Source: Paramoeba atlantica
Lineage: Eukaryota > Protista > Discosea
DNA length: 64,000 nt
Direction: 5' to 3'
NCBI GenBank assembly: GCA_977017575.1
Contig: CDRNVI010000011.1
Span: 62,001-126,000, forward strand
Under the pieces are notes generated by a model that was not told the origin of the DNA, did not search any database, and saw only the letters and a list, made by a program, of their open reading frames with translations. This document shows positions 11,726 to 22,273 of this stretch, piece after piece (position 1 is the stretch's first letter; the number at the start of each line of letters is the position of its first letter). The translations under genes and the position numbers were made by a program.

Positions 11726-12526
11726 ATGCTCTCCCTCACACGCCACACCCCGCGTGCGATTGCCCACTACGTCCCCCCACGCAAACGCGACGACAAAATC
11801 ACCGTCCCCCCGCCCGTCCCCGCGGAGGTCGGCGACGACGGGGGGGTCAGCGTCCGGTACTCCCCCCGGATCAGCCACGTGCCGCTGTGGAAGCGGTACG
11901 CCCTGACCTCCTACGAGCAGCGCATGCACGAGGCCCGGTCGTACTACCCCCACAGTGAGTGCAACGCGGGGGAGTACGACGCGCGGTGGCTCCCGAAGCC
12001 GTTTCGCGACCCCCTGAAGCACAAACCGCTGCTGGAGATCGGGGAGCCGTTTCGTATTCCCCGGGTCCATATTCCCGTCATCCTGCTCGGGGATGTGAAG
12101 GATACGACCACGAGGGGGTTTATGGGGAGGAGGCATGAGACCGTGTGGGTGTCGGCGTCGGTGATGCGTATGGAGCTCGCACCCCGACGCCTGGCGGTGT
12201 ATGCCACCGTGGAGAATTACCAACTGCTCGGTTTGCCTCCGGTGGATCACCATATCCACGAGCACATTCCGAAAAATATTGCGGAGCATTACAAAATGTT
12301 AGCGAAATATGAGTGGGAAGAGGAACCGTGGAAGTTCTCGTTTGCGTACCTTTATCGAAATCACCCGGAGACTCCAATGGAGTTGCAGGACGACGCGTCG
12401 CCGTGGGATGGGATAGAGGACATTGACGTGCGGGAGGTGCAGGATGAGCAAGGTAACGTAGTCCTGGTGAAGCAAGGCGGGCCTCGTCGTGAGCGAAAAG
12501 CGAAGAAAATTCAACTTTTTGTCTGA
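11726..12526 (+). CDS. MRPL9: mitochondrial ribosomal protein bL9m with lineage-specific extensions
   Basis: L9 N-domain-like segment PVILLGDVK...GRRHETVWV...LAPRRLAVYATVEN. Confidence 0.7.
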   Translation: MLSLTRHTPRAIAHYVPPRKRDDKITVPPPVPAEVGDDGGVSVRYSPRISHVPLWKRYALTSYEQRMHEARSYYPHSECNAGEYDARWLPKPFRDPLKHKPLLEIGEPFRIPRVHIPVILLGDVKDTTTRGFMGRRHETVWVSASVMRMELAPRRLAVYATVENYQLLGLPPVDHHIHEHIPKNIAEHYKMLAKYEWEEEPWKFSFAYLYRNHPETPMELQDDASPWDGIEDIDVREVQDEQGNVVLVKQGGPRRERKAKKIQLFV

Positions 12527-12708
12527 CATCGCGGGTCCCATCGGCCGTAGTCCGGTCCTGCGAAAATGTTTTTGACGCTTTTTTGGGCAAATCAATATTC
12601 ATACTTCTTTTCATTTCAGTTCGACATTCAATTGTTTAGAAGTTAGTTTCCTTCTTTTCTGCTGCTTGGACGCTTTTCTGCGCTTTTTATTGGTAAAAAT
12701 ATATTGAA

Positions 12709-13557
12709 ATGGCTCTTCCTTTTTTGTACCGCGCAGCGGACTTCCCCAGTATGCCCAACAAAGTGGGACGTGCAAACCTACCGCAGGAATACGAACTGGA
12801 ACGGTTTATTGCAAACGTTACGTCGGGGTTGAACTTCCAAAACCTATCACAGCCGCATCCTACATGGAACACATCGACTCCAGCGTGTGAGTGGTATGGG
12901 GTGGAATGTGATGCTGATTTCCGTGTCAGAGAGATTTCGTGGTGTGAAATGTACCTCTCAGGAGTGCTGCAATGGAACTACCTATGCAACACGTTAAACG
13001 AGATTTACATTGCGGAGAACGAATTCGAAGGTGTCGTTTCGCTTGGTGGTTTGCCACCCGAACTTTCTTCTTTTTGCATAGCATACAATCAGTTTAGTGG
13101 TCCATTGGATCTTGCCCAGTTACCATACACTTTAGAAAGCCTTAACTTGGGATCAAATCAGTTTTGTAGTTCTGTTGACTTGACCCATTTACCTCCAAAT
13201 CTGATCAGGCTTGCCATTTTTTACAATAAGCTAACTGGGGAAATTGACCTTTCTAATTTGTCTCAAACACTTTCGAGGCTTGAAATGTCAAATAATTTGT
13301 TTACTGGGCCTCTCAATTTGCGAAATCTGCCCCCGTTACTCGAACATTTGAATTGTCAGAATAACAATTTTACTGGTCTGGTGCGTTTAGAAAATTTTCC
13401 GGAAACACTGGAGGAACTTTTTCTGGAAGACAATTTTGAACTGAAAATTGAATTTGACGTTTATAGTCTTCCCAAAGGTTTGGTACAAATTGGCGTTGAG
13501 AATACGGGAATCTCTTCAGAAAACGAAAAACTTCTTTCTTCCTATGCACCCTGGTAA
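12709..13557 (+). CDS. leucine-rich repeat protein (plant-type LRRNT cap + LPxxLxxLxLxxNxFxG repeats)
   Basis: WNTSTPACEWYGVEC cap followed by about eight 22-aa LRRs. Confidence 0.9.
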   Translation: MALPFLYRAADFPSMPNKVGRANLPQEYELERFIANVTSGLNFQNLSQPHPTWNTSTPACEWYGVECDADFRVREISWCEMYLSGVLQWNYLCNTLNEIYIAENEFEGVVSLGGLPPELSSFCIAYNQFSGPLDLAQLPYTLESLNLGSNQFCSSVDLTHLPPNLIRLAIFYNKLTGEIDLSNLSQTLSRLEMSNNLFTGPLNLRNLPPLLEHLNCQNNNFTGLVRLENFPETLEELFLEDNFELKIEFDVYSLPKGLVQIGVENTGISSENEKLLSSYAPW

Positions 13558-13892
13558 TGTTTATAGAGCACATGGTAGCCAATGATTCGGCACACTAGAT
13601 CATCCACTTTTACTTCAGTTTTATGGCAATGTAGTATAAAGTGTACCCTGAGTATTCTGTATGTGTACATAAAAAATGCAATAAAAATATATATTATCAC
13701 GTTTGTTTAAAAGAAAACGTTTGGGAGTCGTCGAGAAAGTGGGGGTAAGCTCTCACGTGATCTCCCACACATGGTCACCCCCTGTATAAAAGCTTATACG
13801 GGCTTATAGTGCACATTTTCTTTATGCTATGAAAATTGGAGCTTTTTATCGGCATATTTTGATTTTCATAGTTCAATTATCATGTGCATCGT

Positions 13893-14135
13893 ATGAAGCT
13901 TTTTGTAAAAATATTTGGCAAGATCAAATTACCTCTAGTACATCTTTGTGACTTGCCAGACGAAGCCAACGGAATCACTGCTGTACACGCATGCGAAATA
14001 GTAAGCGCCACATTTTCCATACCGAGTGACTCTTTGACTGTGCTGCGCAGAGGGGAGCCACAAAATTGTGAAAATAAGTTTACACTACAAGATTTACAGA
14101 GTATGGGAGGAATTCTGATCATTCTTGCTAGGTGA
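13893..14135 (+). CDS. small ubiquitin-like protein lacking the C-terminal di-glycine
   Basis: MKLFVK start. IPSDSLTVLRRGE...TLQD...LIILAR aligns by eye with ubiquitin IPPDQQRLIFAGK...TLSD...LHLVLR. Confidence 0.45.
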   Translation: MKLFVKIFGKIKLPLVHLCDLPDEANGITAVHACEIVSATFSIPSDSLTVLRRGEPQNCENKFTLQDLQSMGGILIILAR

Positions 14136-14478
14136 AGAGCTTATTGTGCATTATGAACCTAATACTACACTGTAGACTTGAATGCACAAAAAGAAAAAGA
14201 AGAAAACGTTTAATGTTTCATTTCCCTTGAATTTTCAATACGTGAGTCTCGTTTTTTTGCATTTCGAATCTTCATATCCTCTTACTGTTCTCTTGCTTTG
14301 GTACACCATTGCCTCGATACGAGAGATTTTCTTTTCCAATTTCACAAGCATGCGAGACTTGTAAGTATAAGTCAGGTTTATTCGGATCACAAGAATCATC
14401 TTCATCAGAATTATCTGTATCACCACAACGTATAAAATTTATTTAAACCCCGCTTTTTTGTTGCTGTGCTCATGTAAA

Positions 14479-15177
14479 ATGGCTACTTTACAGTTTCTAC
14501 AAACTGCTGATGAAAAAGGTTCTTCCCGCGGTCGAGTGTGCGGACTGACTCTTCCGCTTGAAATCCAAATGGAACGCTTTATTCAATCGTTGCTGAAAGT
14601 GCCGCCGACATGGACGCCTAAACGTCCTCTTTCTCAATGGTATGGGCTATCATTCTCCGAAGATCAAGAATCCCTCTTCATTTTATGTCCTCAAATGAAT
14701 TTATCCGGAACTCTTCGTCTTCAAGTTTTGCCAGACATTACTGAATCCCTTTTTCTTGCGAGGAATAAGATATCGGGTCCATTACAACTTTCAGGGTTAC
14801 CTTCCCACTTGAAACATGTTGATCTCCAAGAGAACAACCTTCAGGGTACATTAGATCTAACCGACCTCCCCCAGCAGCTTCGCACATTTCGAGTAGGGAA
14901 AAATTGTTTTGAAGGGACACTCAATATATCCCACCTTCCCCCCTTTCTACATTCACTCGGACTTAACGACAATCGCTTCTCAGGTCCGGTAAATTTTTTT
15001 GGTTTACCCTTCCGGCTCTCTTATCTTCGTCTCGAAAATAACCAGATCACGTCACTGCTCGACTACGGAGATCTACCGATCAATCTTTCCTTAGTAACGG
15101 TAAATGGCAATACCTTAGAAAAATTACCCATAGGTGAAACTCTGCCAACATGTATAAAGGGATACGATGCGAATTAG
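14479..15177 (+). CDS. leucine-rich repeat protein (same family as 12709)
   Basis: WTPKRPLSQWYG cap and LPxxLxxxxLxxNxxxG repeats. First ATG at 14479. Confidence 0.88.
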   Translation: MATLQFLQTADEKGSSRGRVCGLTLPLEIQMERFIQSLLKVPPTWTPKRPLSQWYGLSFSEDQESLFILCPQMNLSGTLRLQVLPDITESLFLARNKISGPLQLSGLPSHLKHVDLQENNLQGTLDLTDLPQQLRTFRVGKNCFEGTLNISHLPPFLHSLGLNDNRFSGPVNFFGLPFRLSYLRLENNQITSLLDYGDLPINLSLVTVNGNTLEKLPIGETLPTCIKGYDAN

Positions 15178-15728
15178 CAGTCGCTTGTTATACATAAAAC
15201 ATACGTACCTTTTACACCATACTTTTTGTCATTTTTGGTTACTGTCCCATCTACTTAAGAGTACGCCGATTCGGACATTTGGACTCTTACAGTAAGTAGG
15301 GAATTCAAGCTAAAAAAAAGAATTCTGTGTTCCAAAAAAAAGATTTTTCATAAGGAAAAAGGACATTTGCTAGTTCTCGAGCATATTCGTTCCCCAGGGC
15401 GGGATATTTTTTTAGCAGGCTTCTAGAGAAGCATAGGAAGATGGGTTTGCATTAGATGGACATCTTAGATGAGTGGCAAATTCTTTGATACATGCCGTAT
15501 ACCCCACAGTAATATTATTACTGTGGACCCCTTCTCTTACTGGGGGGTCTACGGTAGTTCGATTGCGTTGTTCGATTTGTTATTGTGCATACTGTAGTAA
15601 AAACTATATTGGTGCATACTGTTCATAAATCCTTTGTGCTTTGACGAAAAACGTTCTTTTTGGGAAGACGGACCGTATATTTTCCACATTCCGTTTCAAA
15701 CTTATTTCGGTCTAATTTACCAATAGAA

Positions 15729-16346
15729 ATGCAAGTATCCGAAGAGCTTCAGACATGTCAGCAAGGTATTGATGAAGCATCCTTGAATTCAAAGAAAGAG
15801 ACAATTGAGGCGCACAAAAAGTATCTGTCCAACCGAGCTGAGTTATTCAAAAAGAGAGGAGAAATAATCAGTCAGGAAGAACCAAAATTTTGGTCCAAAG
15901 TATTTTTGATGCACCGCGACATTGATGAAATATTAGGCCCTCATGACCCCGAAATTTTTGAAGATCTGATCGACATTGAAGTGAAGGAGAATGTCGATGA
16001 TGCCGGCTTTTGTATCACGCTGCGCTTTGGTGGGAAGAATACCTTCTTTCACGACGAAGTGTTGTGGAAGTCGTTTAACGCCCACGGAGCCCCTGTAAGC
16101 AAGAGCGGTGTGCGATGGAAGGAGGGGAAGTTTCCTCGCCTTCCAGCGAAACTTGACGGAATCCAAGAGCAGGATTCTTTTGCTACGTTCTTTATCTTCT
16201 TCATGGTTGATCAGGAGGCGGATACGGAGGCGGAGCTCGCAGGGATACTGAAGCTAGAGGTTTGGGAAGATCCTTTCACCACGTTAATTGGAGAAGACGA
16301 AGATTCCGACGATGAACCGGATGCACTTGCAGAGGAGCATGCATAG
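15729..16346 (+). CDS. nucleosome assembly protein (NAP/SET family)
   Basis: PKFWSKVF, ITLRFG.NTFF...LWKSF, SGVRWKEGK, SFATFF and an acidic tail. First ATG at 15729. Confidence 0.85.
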   Translation: MQVSEELQTCQQGIDEASLNSKKETIEAHKKYLSNRAELFKKRGEIISQEEPKFWSKVFLMHRDIDEILGPHDPEIFEDLIDIEVKENVDDAGFCITLRFGGKNTFFHDEVLWKSFNAHGAPVSKSGVRWKEGKFPRLPAKLDGIQEQDSFATFFIFFMVDQEADTEAELAGILKLEVWEDPFTTLIGEDEDSDDEPDALAEEHA

Positions 16347-16682
16347 CTCCATGGAATTTCTGATATTCTTTTGCTCCAATTTTTTGATAGGTGATTTAAT
16401 CACTTATATCGAACCAAAAGGCATTCCATAGCTTTTGCAATATTATTTGGCGTTAAAAAATACATATTTTTTCTCACAAATCTTGTAAGTGAATACAGAA
16501 ATTTTAAAGTGCATAACTGCAATCACCAATTTTGAAAGGTTTGTATGTGGAAGTTGTTCACAATTGCGAACAAGGAGTGCACATTCTAATGTTTCGAAAA
16601 CATAGTATGTTATTATCTCTTTGTTCTCTTTTTGAAAATTCTTGCCACTTTTCCCTCCTTTTAACCCTTACTCTACCTTTAC

Positions 16683-18533
16683 ATGACCTCCCTACCCCTA
16701 CCCCGGGACGCCACTATTGAGGATGCCCCGGAGCACACGCTGGGCGCGGTACAAGGTGTCAGCGGTCCCGTAGTTATTGCGGTCCACATGTCCGGCAGTG
16801 CCATGTACGAACTCGTTCGTGTGGGAAACTACAAACTCGTCGGGGAAATCATCCGTCTCCAAGGCGACACCGCCACAATCCAAGTCTACGAAGAGACCGG
16901 CGGGGTCCGTGTCGGGGACCCTGTCTACCGCACCGGCACCCCCCTCAGCCTCGAACTCGGTCCCGGGATCATGGGCCAGATCTTTGACGGCATCCAACGT
17001 CCCCTCGACACCATCCAAACCCTCTCCAACTCCGTCTACATCCCCCGCGGGGTCAACGTCCTCCCCCTGGACCACACCCAGCCCTGGGAATTCACCCCCG
17101 CCGTCCGCCCCGGCGACACCCTCTCCCCCGGTCACATCTTCGGCACCGTCTACGAAAACTCCCTCATCCCCCAACACCACATTATGCTCCCCCCCTCCAC
17201 CGAAGGGGTTGTCCGCGAGATCGCGTGCCCCGGGGACTACACCCTCACCGACACGATTCTTGAAATCGAAACCCCCCGTGGCACGCGCAAAAAGCTGACC
17301 CTAGCCCAGCACTGGCCCGTGCGCTCCCCCCGGCCCGTCGCGGAGAAGCTCAGCGGCTCGATGCCGCTGCTCACCGGGCAGCGCGTGCTGGACGCGTTCT
17401 TCCCCGCGGCCCAGGGCGGCACCTGTGCGATCCCCGGGGCCTTTGGCTGCGGCAAGACGGTGATCTCCCAGGCGCTGTCGAAGTACAGCAACAGCGACGC
17501 GGTGGTCTACGTGGGGTGCGGGGAGCGGGGGAATGAGATGGCGGAGGTGCTGATGGAGTTCCCCGCGCTGACGACCCCCGTCGGGGACCGGGAGGAGAGT
17601 ATTATGAAACGGACGACGCTGGTGGCGAACACGTCGAATATGCCGGTGGCGGCGCGGGAGGCGTCGATTTATACCGGGATTACGCTCGCGGAGTACTACC
17701 GGGATATGGGGAAGGATTTGGCGATGATGGCGGATAGCACGAGCCGGTGGGCGGAGGCGTTGCGGGAGATTTCGGGGAGGTTGGCGGAGATGCCGGCGGA
17801 TGGGGGATACCCGGCGTATTTGGGGGCTCGTCTGGCGAGTTTCTATGAGCGCGCGGGGAAGGTACGGTGTCTGGGTTCGCCGCGTCGTGAGGGGAGTGTG
17901 ACGATTGTGGGAGCGGTGTCGCCTCCGGGAGGGGATTTTTCGGATCCCGTGACGACGGCCACGCTCGGAATTGTGCAAGTGTTTTGGGGACTGGACAAAA
18001 AGCTCGCCCAGCGGAAACATTTTCCATCCGTGAACTGGTTGTTGAGTTACTCGAAGTACCTAAAGGTGATGGAACCCTACTTCTCTCGGATCGATCCAGA
18101 GTTTTTGCAGCTGCGTTCCACGTTGGCACGGATTCTTCAGCGTGAGGAGGACTTGACCGAAATTGTGCAGCTGGTCGGGAAGGACTCGCTAAGTGAGCAA
18201 GACAAACTAGTGCTGGAAGTGGCGAAACTCGTTCGAGAAGAGTTTTTACAACAAGATGCGTTTAAAGTTTACGATAAATTTTGCCCGCTCTACAAAACAT
18301 TGTGGATGATGAAGAACATTGTGTGCTTTTATGAAGAGGCCCATCGATTACTCTCGGACTCTTCGTCGAAGAAGATTACATGGTCCTGGATTCGCAACAC
18401 ACTGCCTTCAACACTTGTGCAGTTGACAGAAATGAAGTTCCAAGACCCAGCCTTGGGGCAGGATACTCTAGAGGCGCATTTTAGACAACAGTATGAGGAT
18501 ATTCAAGCTGCACTTCGTTCCCTGCCAGAATAG
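16683..18533 (+). CDS. VMA1: V-type H+-ATPase catalytic subunit A
   Basis: Walker [37 protein letters not shown] and [10 protein letters not shown]. No intein. Confidence 0.98.
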   Translation: MTSLPLPRDATIEDAPEHTLGAVQGVSGPVVIAVHMSGSAMYELVRVGNYKLVGEIIRLQGDTATIQVYEETGGVRVGDPVYRTGTPLSLELGPGIMGQIFDGIQRPLDTIQTLSNSVYIPRGVNVLPLDHTQPWEFTPAVRPGDTLSPGHIFGTVYENSLIPQHHIMLPPSTEGVVREIACPGDYTLTDTILEIETPRGTRKKLTLAQHWPVRSPRPVAEKLSGSMPLLTGQRVLDAFFPAAQGGTCAIPGAFGCGKTVISQALSKYSNSDAVVYVGCGERGNEMAEVLMEFPALTTPVGDREESIMKRTTLVANTSNMPVAAREASIYTGITLAEYYRDMGKDLAMMADSTSRWAEALREISGRLAEMPADGGYPAYLGARLASFYERAGKVRCLGSPRREGSVTIVGAVSPPGGDFSDPVTTATLGIVQVFWGLDKKLAQRKHFPSVNWLLSYSKYLKVMEPYFSRIDPEFLQLRSTLARILQREEDLTEIVQLVGKDSLSEQDKLVLEVAKLVREEFLQQDAFKVYDKFCPLYKTLWMMKNIVCFYEEAHRLLSDSSSKKITWSWIRNTLPSTLVQLTEMKFQDPALGQDTLEAHFRQQYEDIQAALRSLPE

Positions 18534-18736
18534 AGTTCTTCTGCTGAACTGCAGCGGGTATTGGATTATGGTTTGAGCTGTGTATTCGTATAACTTGGGC
18601 GGACTGGGCTATTTATTTCGCTACATTTCTCGGGGGGAAATGACTTATATTTCTAGATTTTAGCATGGTAAAAATTAAAGTGCAGCATTTTTTATCTGGT
18701 ACTTGAAGATATATTTTAGTTCTCTACCTTGGTCTA

Positions 18737-19951
18737 ATGAGACGCACGTTAGGTCTTCTAATGGAGGTGCCTGGATGGCGCACAATGTCTTCTACCCTCG
18801 AAACTCGAACAAGGGAAAAAAGAGAAGAAGATCGTAAAAAGAGGCAGTTAGAGAAGTTACCTTGCCCTGAGTTACTGTGGAGTCCGCAATACGGTCTACA
18901 AAAAACTGTCCTCTGCGACCATTGGTTTCAGCCGAGGCAGTACTCTGACGCCTTAGATACACCCCATTTGTTTCACTCTCCTCATCACGTTCCTCACACG
19001 TTTTTTATGCGAGTTAGTATGTCTGATTTCAGACGCACTTCCTATCCAGAAATACAGCAGAAGGATTACCGAGGGTTTACCTCGGAGCAGTGGAATGAAT
19101 CGGAAGAGAAAAAATTGGCTCCCCAGTATCTTAGGAAGCACGGTATAGTTCCTGAGTTCTTTCCTCGTGTGGAAAATGATGTTAACTTTTCAGTACTACA
19201 TGAGGAAGTTGCGGACCATCCGGGCAGGTCCACGTTTTGGCGCTCACCGCATTTCGGGAACTATATTGAAGCGAAGCACTTGCAACAACCTGCCCGGATT
19301 TATCTTCCCAAAGACGGAAATCTGTACGCTCTCTTGATTGTAAGTCCCGATTACCCTTTCCGAACAAAACCTGACACGGGGTTTCTTCTGCATGGCCTTC
19401 AATATAATCTCCGCGGGGAAGGTATCAACCGCCCTTGTGTGGGTAGTACTACCCTACCCTACTTGCCACCACTACCTACAGAAGATGCGGGTACCTACCG
19501 CGTACTCTACGTTCTTTTCCGTCAGACAAAGGAACTAAATATTCGTCCCTTGCCGACGGATGAAAAGGAGCTCTTTGCCTTACGCCGTGATTTCCGACTT
19601 CATGCCAAACATAACTCTTTTTTTGACGAAGACGGATTAGCTGAGTTTCCCTTAGCGGTTCGTATGCTTTGCACGGTTTGGGACCTTAACGTCGCACGAT
19701 GGTACGAGCGAGTGGGGATACCGGAGCCCAGTTATATCCCTGAAGATACTTACGCGGAGATTCTGAGCTACGCCGAATCTATTGACGCGGACAAAAAAGT
19801 AAAGTCCCGTATCCGTTTTGAAGGAGGAATAGTGGAGACTGCGGCGATAAGGCAGAAATATTTACCCGCTGTACATTATTTCACAGTTCCAATGCTGTCG
19901 GAGGCGTCCCGGAAGCCAGAGCAGGGTTTGCCGTATCCTAACCCAATGTAG
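18737..19951 (+). CDS. MRPL38: mitochondrial ribosomal protein mL38 (PEBP domain)
   Basis: PEBP-like YALLIVSPDYP, YLPPLPTEDAGTYRVLYVLFRQ, and a basic N-terminal region. Confidence 0.75.
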   Translation: MRRTLGLLMEVPGWRTMSSTLETRTREKREEDRKKRQLEKLPCPELLWSPQYGLQKTVLCDHWFQPRQYSDALDTPHLFHSPHHVPHTFFMRVSMSDFRRTSYPEIQQKDYRGFTSEQWNESEEKKLAPQYLRKHGIVPEFFPRVENDVNFSVLHEEVADHPGRSTFWRSPHFGNYIEAKHLQQPARIYLPKDGNLYALLIVSPDYPFRTKPDTGFLLHGLQYNLRGEGINRPCVGSTTLPYLPPLPTEDAGTYRVLYVLFRQTKELNIRPLPTDEKELFALRRDFRLHAKHNSFFDEDGLAEFPLAVRMLCTVWDLNVARWYERVGIPEPSYIPEDTYAEILSYAESIDADKKVKSRIRFEGGIVETAAIRQKYLPAVHYFTVPMLSEASRKPEQGLPYPNPM

Positions 19952-20088
19952 CAACGCACATCATTCGAACTGGTATTGAATGCAATGGTTGATCGTAGTC
20001 TCTGTCCATTTGAGATTCTATGAATAGGGTATTTGGAGTTGAATGTCATATCGTTCTCTTTATCTTCACGTTTGTACATATTGAATTA

Positions 20089-21183
20089 CTGTGACCCTCC
20101 CTTTAATACGGATCCCCCTGATCCCCCCCTTTAATACGGACTTTTTCGGAAATTTTTGTAAAGAAATTGGAAACAATTCCGATTTTCATTTTTTTCATTT
20201 TTTCGATTTTCATTGTTCGAGAGCACGACTCAAAGGGATGTTTGTCAGCCGAGTGTTCGCTTTTGCCCCGATTCCGTTCTCCGTTGAGATCTGTAGCCGG
20301 CTACAGAAGTGATACCGTATAAAAACCTGGTTTGCGGTGCGCCCATGTGCGGCCGTCAGAAGAATAAGTTTTACCGCGGCACTTTCTATCGGAGCATAAC
20401 CAATGCTCTTCCTTAAGAGTACATACCCGTGGCTCATGACCTTTCGAACAAGTAACGGCCTCATACATAAGAGCATGATTTTTTATCCGGAATATGATGC
20501 TGTCTTCCGTTGCCATGCAAAGCAAAGTATAGGACCACTTATCAGTGCATGAAAAATCGGAGCAGTCCGGGCAACCCATTTAGGGTAAAAGAAGAACACT
20601 CGCTCCCGCGCATCCACCCTCACCCCGCCCAAATCCCCCTCCTCCCTTGAGCCACCCTCCCGAGCCAAATTCTTGTTACTGGGGAGTCTATTACTGGTGG
20701 GTCTACGGTATATCGGAAAAAGGCGACGCGCACAAATAATTGAACGTTTTACTTTATGAAGGAAACGTCTCTTTATCCTGTACACGTTCCTGTATCCTGT
20801 AAACGCTATTACAGGATAACATACCCCCCGGTACGTTATCTTGTTATAGGTATGTTATGTTGTTACAGGTATGTTAACTTTTATGCCATCATTTTTTTGA
20901 CGAATATGATTTACAAACTCAAGAAAAGTTAACCCCCCGAATGTTAAACCGGACTGTAGTTTAGTATCTTCCTCGTCCACTTTAGTCTGGGTTGTAAATT
21001 TTACTTCCCCTACAGATCACCACCTTTCACCAATTTCATCAAAAGAAACAGGCGTCGCGAAGCGGCGCCAAACTTTTTTTGTCCTACTTTTTAGCGTGAA
21101 AACAGGGTCATTTTCTCATCTTTAGTACCCCCCTTTAATACGGACAGTCCAAAAATCTGTCCGTATTAAAGGGGGGGTCACAG
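20089..21183. mobile_element. non-autonomous TIR element (1095 bp), TA target duplication
   Basis: 24-bp TIR CTGTGACCCTCCCTTTAATACGGA / TCCGTATTAAAGGGGGGGTCACAG (1 mismatch). TA at 20087-88 and 21184-85. Extra subterminal copies of CCCCCTTTAATACGGA at both ends. Confidence 0.85.
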
Positions 21184-21537
21184 TACGGCAATTACGGATT
21201 CGATGACATACATGTATGTCTTCAAATAGACTCAAGAATCATGGAGTGTCAGACAATAGGGCTTCTTGTAGCTATTGCTGCACCATGGCTTGCGGGAACG
21301 TTACAAGCTGTCAGTATTCTATTCGTCATACTCAGTGCACCAAAGTGAAAAAGAGAAGATTGTTCCATGTGCCCTTTGACAACCCAATCGTATTATTACT
21401 AAAGAGTCTTACGTGACTGACCAATCAAGCAAGCAATACATACGTCATACCAGCAGCAAAATATGCATACTAGTGCAGTCACATTATTTTTCATGTACCA
21501 TGTATAGAGTTCATGGACTTTAAATCATCTCTTCCTC

Positions 21538-21603
21538 ATGATGATAAATCTTTCTATGAAGCCTATGATTCTATATATTTTTGATCACACCTTTCGGGGC
21601 TGA
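21538..21603 (+). ncRNA. box C/D snoRNA candidate, copy 1
   Basis: Box C ATGATGA at 21538, C'-like TATGATT, box D CTGA at 21600. The segment CTTTCGGG before box D is complementary to LSU CCCGAAAG. Confidence 0.7.
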
Positions 21604-21691
21604 AAAAGATTCGTTCATTCATGGTTGGTTCTTGGGGTAAATAAAACTTTTAAAATAGAAATACAAATTAATCTTAGAGCATGAGCTGTTA

Positions 21692-21826
21692 CTATCTCCC
21701 CTACTCAAGAGTCCGCCGATTCAGACATTTGGACTCTTAAATAAAGGGAGGTCATGTTACGAAAGATTTTCACGCTGGAGAGAAATCCAGCTCACAAAAA
21801 AGCGGTTCTACAGTAGGGGAGTAGAG
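21692..21826. mobile_element. short TA-flanked MITE-like element
   Basis: Imperfect TIR CTATCTCCCCTACT / AGTAGGGGAGTAGAG flanked by TA. Its internal 39-bp hairpin segment recurs at 15251-15289 with 3 mismatches. Confidence 0.5.
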
Positions 21827-21868
21827 TAGCGTAAGTAGGGGAATCAATAGAATGAGAAACACTTCTTC

Positions 21869-21934
21869 ATGATGATTAATCTGTTCATGAAGCCTATGAT
21901 TCTATTTATTTTTGATCACACCTTTCGGGGCTGA
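21869..21934 (+). ncRNA. box C/D snoRNA candidate, copy 2
   Basis: Paralog of 21538-21603 (6 mismatches in 76 nt). Boxes and the D-guide are identical. Confidence 0.7.
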
Positions 21935-22040
21935 AAATTCTATGCTCATTGCTGGTGTACTTCTGTAGGTGTCTATAGCTAGCACAGCTTGTACTTGGAA
22001 CGAGCGGAAAATAATTTTTGAGCATTAGCAATCATGCTAT

Positions 22041-22151
22041 GCATCATACCAAGTACAGCATCATACCAAGTACAGCATCATACCAAGTACAGCATCATAC
22101 CAAGTACAGCATCATACCAAGTACAGCATCATACCAAGTACAGCATCATAC
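22041..22151 (+). repeat. perfect 17-bp minisatellite (GCATCATACCAAGTACA) x6.5
   Basis: Six identical head-to-tail units plus a partial unit, with no spacers. Confidence 0.95.
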
Positions 22152-22273
22152 ACAGACGTATAAAAATGTATACAGATTGTTGTGGTGCGCAATCCATCTC
22201 TTTTAATACAACATACAAAAAGTTTCTCGTACTTTTTCTTTATGAATTTGGTTCACTGCAAATCATTCTAAAC

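Noticed and set aside
16698-18129. Long antisense and alternate-frame ORFs over V-ATPase A (similarly 11693-12289, 24766-25539, 45093-46512, 62204-63224)
   Set aside because: Shadow ORFs caused by stop-codon scarcity in the GC-skewed islands; they show no protein motifs.
16683-18533. VMA1-type intein or homing endonuclease
   Set aside because: The protein is a contiguous 616 aa with no insertion after the Walker A region.
22041-22151. CRISPR array
   Set aside because: Units are contiguous with no unique spacers, there are no cas genes, and the context is eukaryotic.
22034-22273. N-terminal extension of the 22034-22771 ORF
   Set aside because: It starts at a non-ATG codon and runs through the minisatellite and AT-rich intergenic DNA. 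The coding signal begins at ATG 22274.
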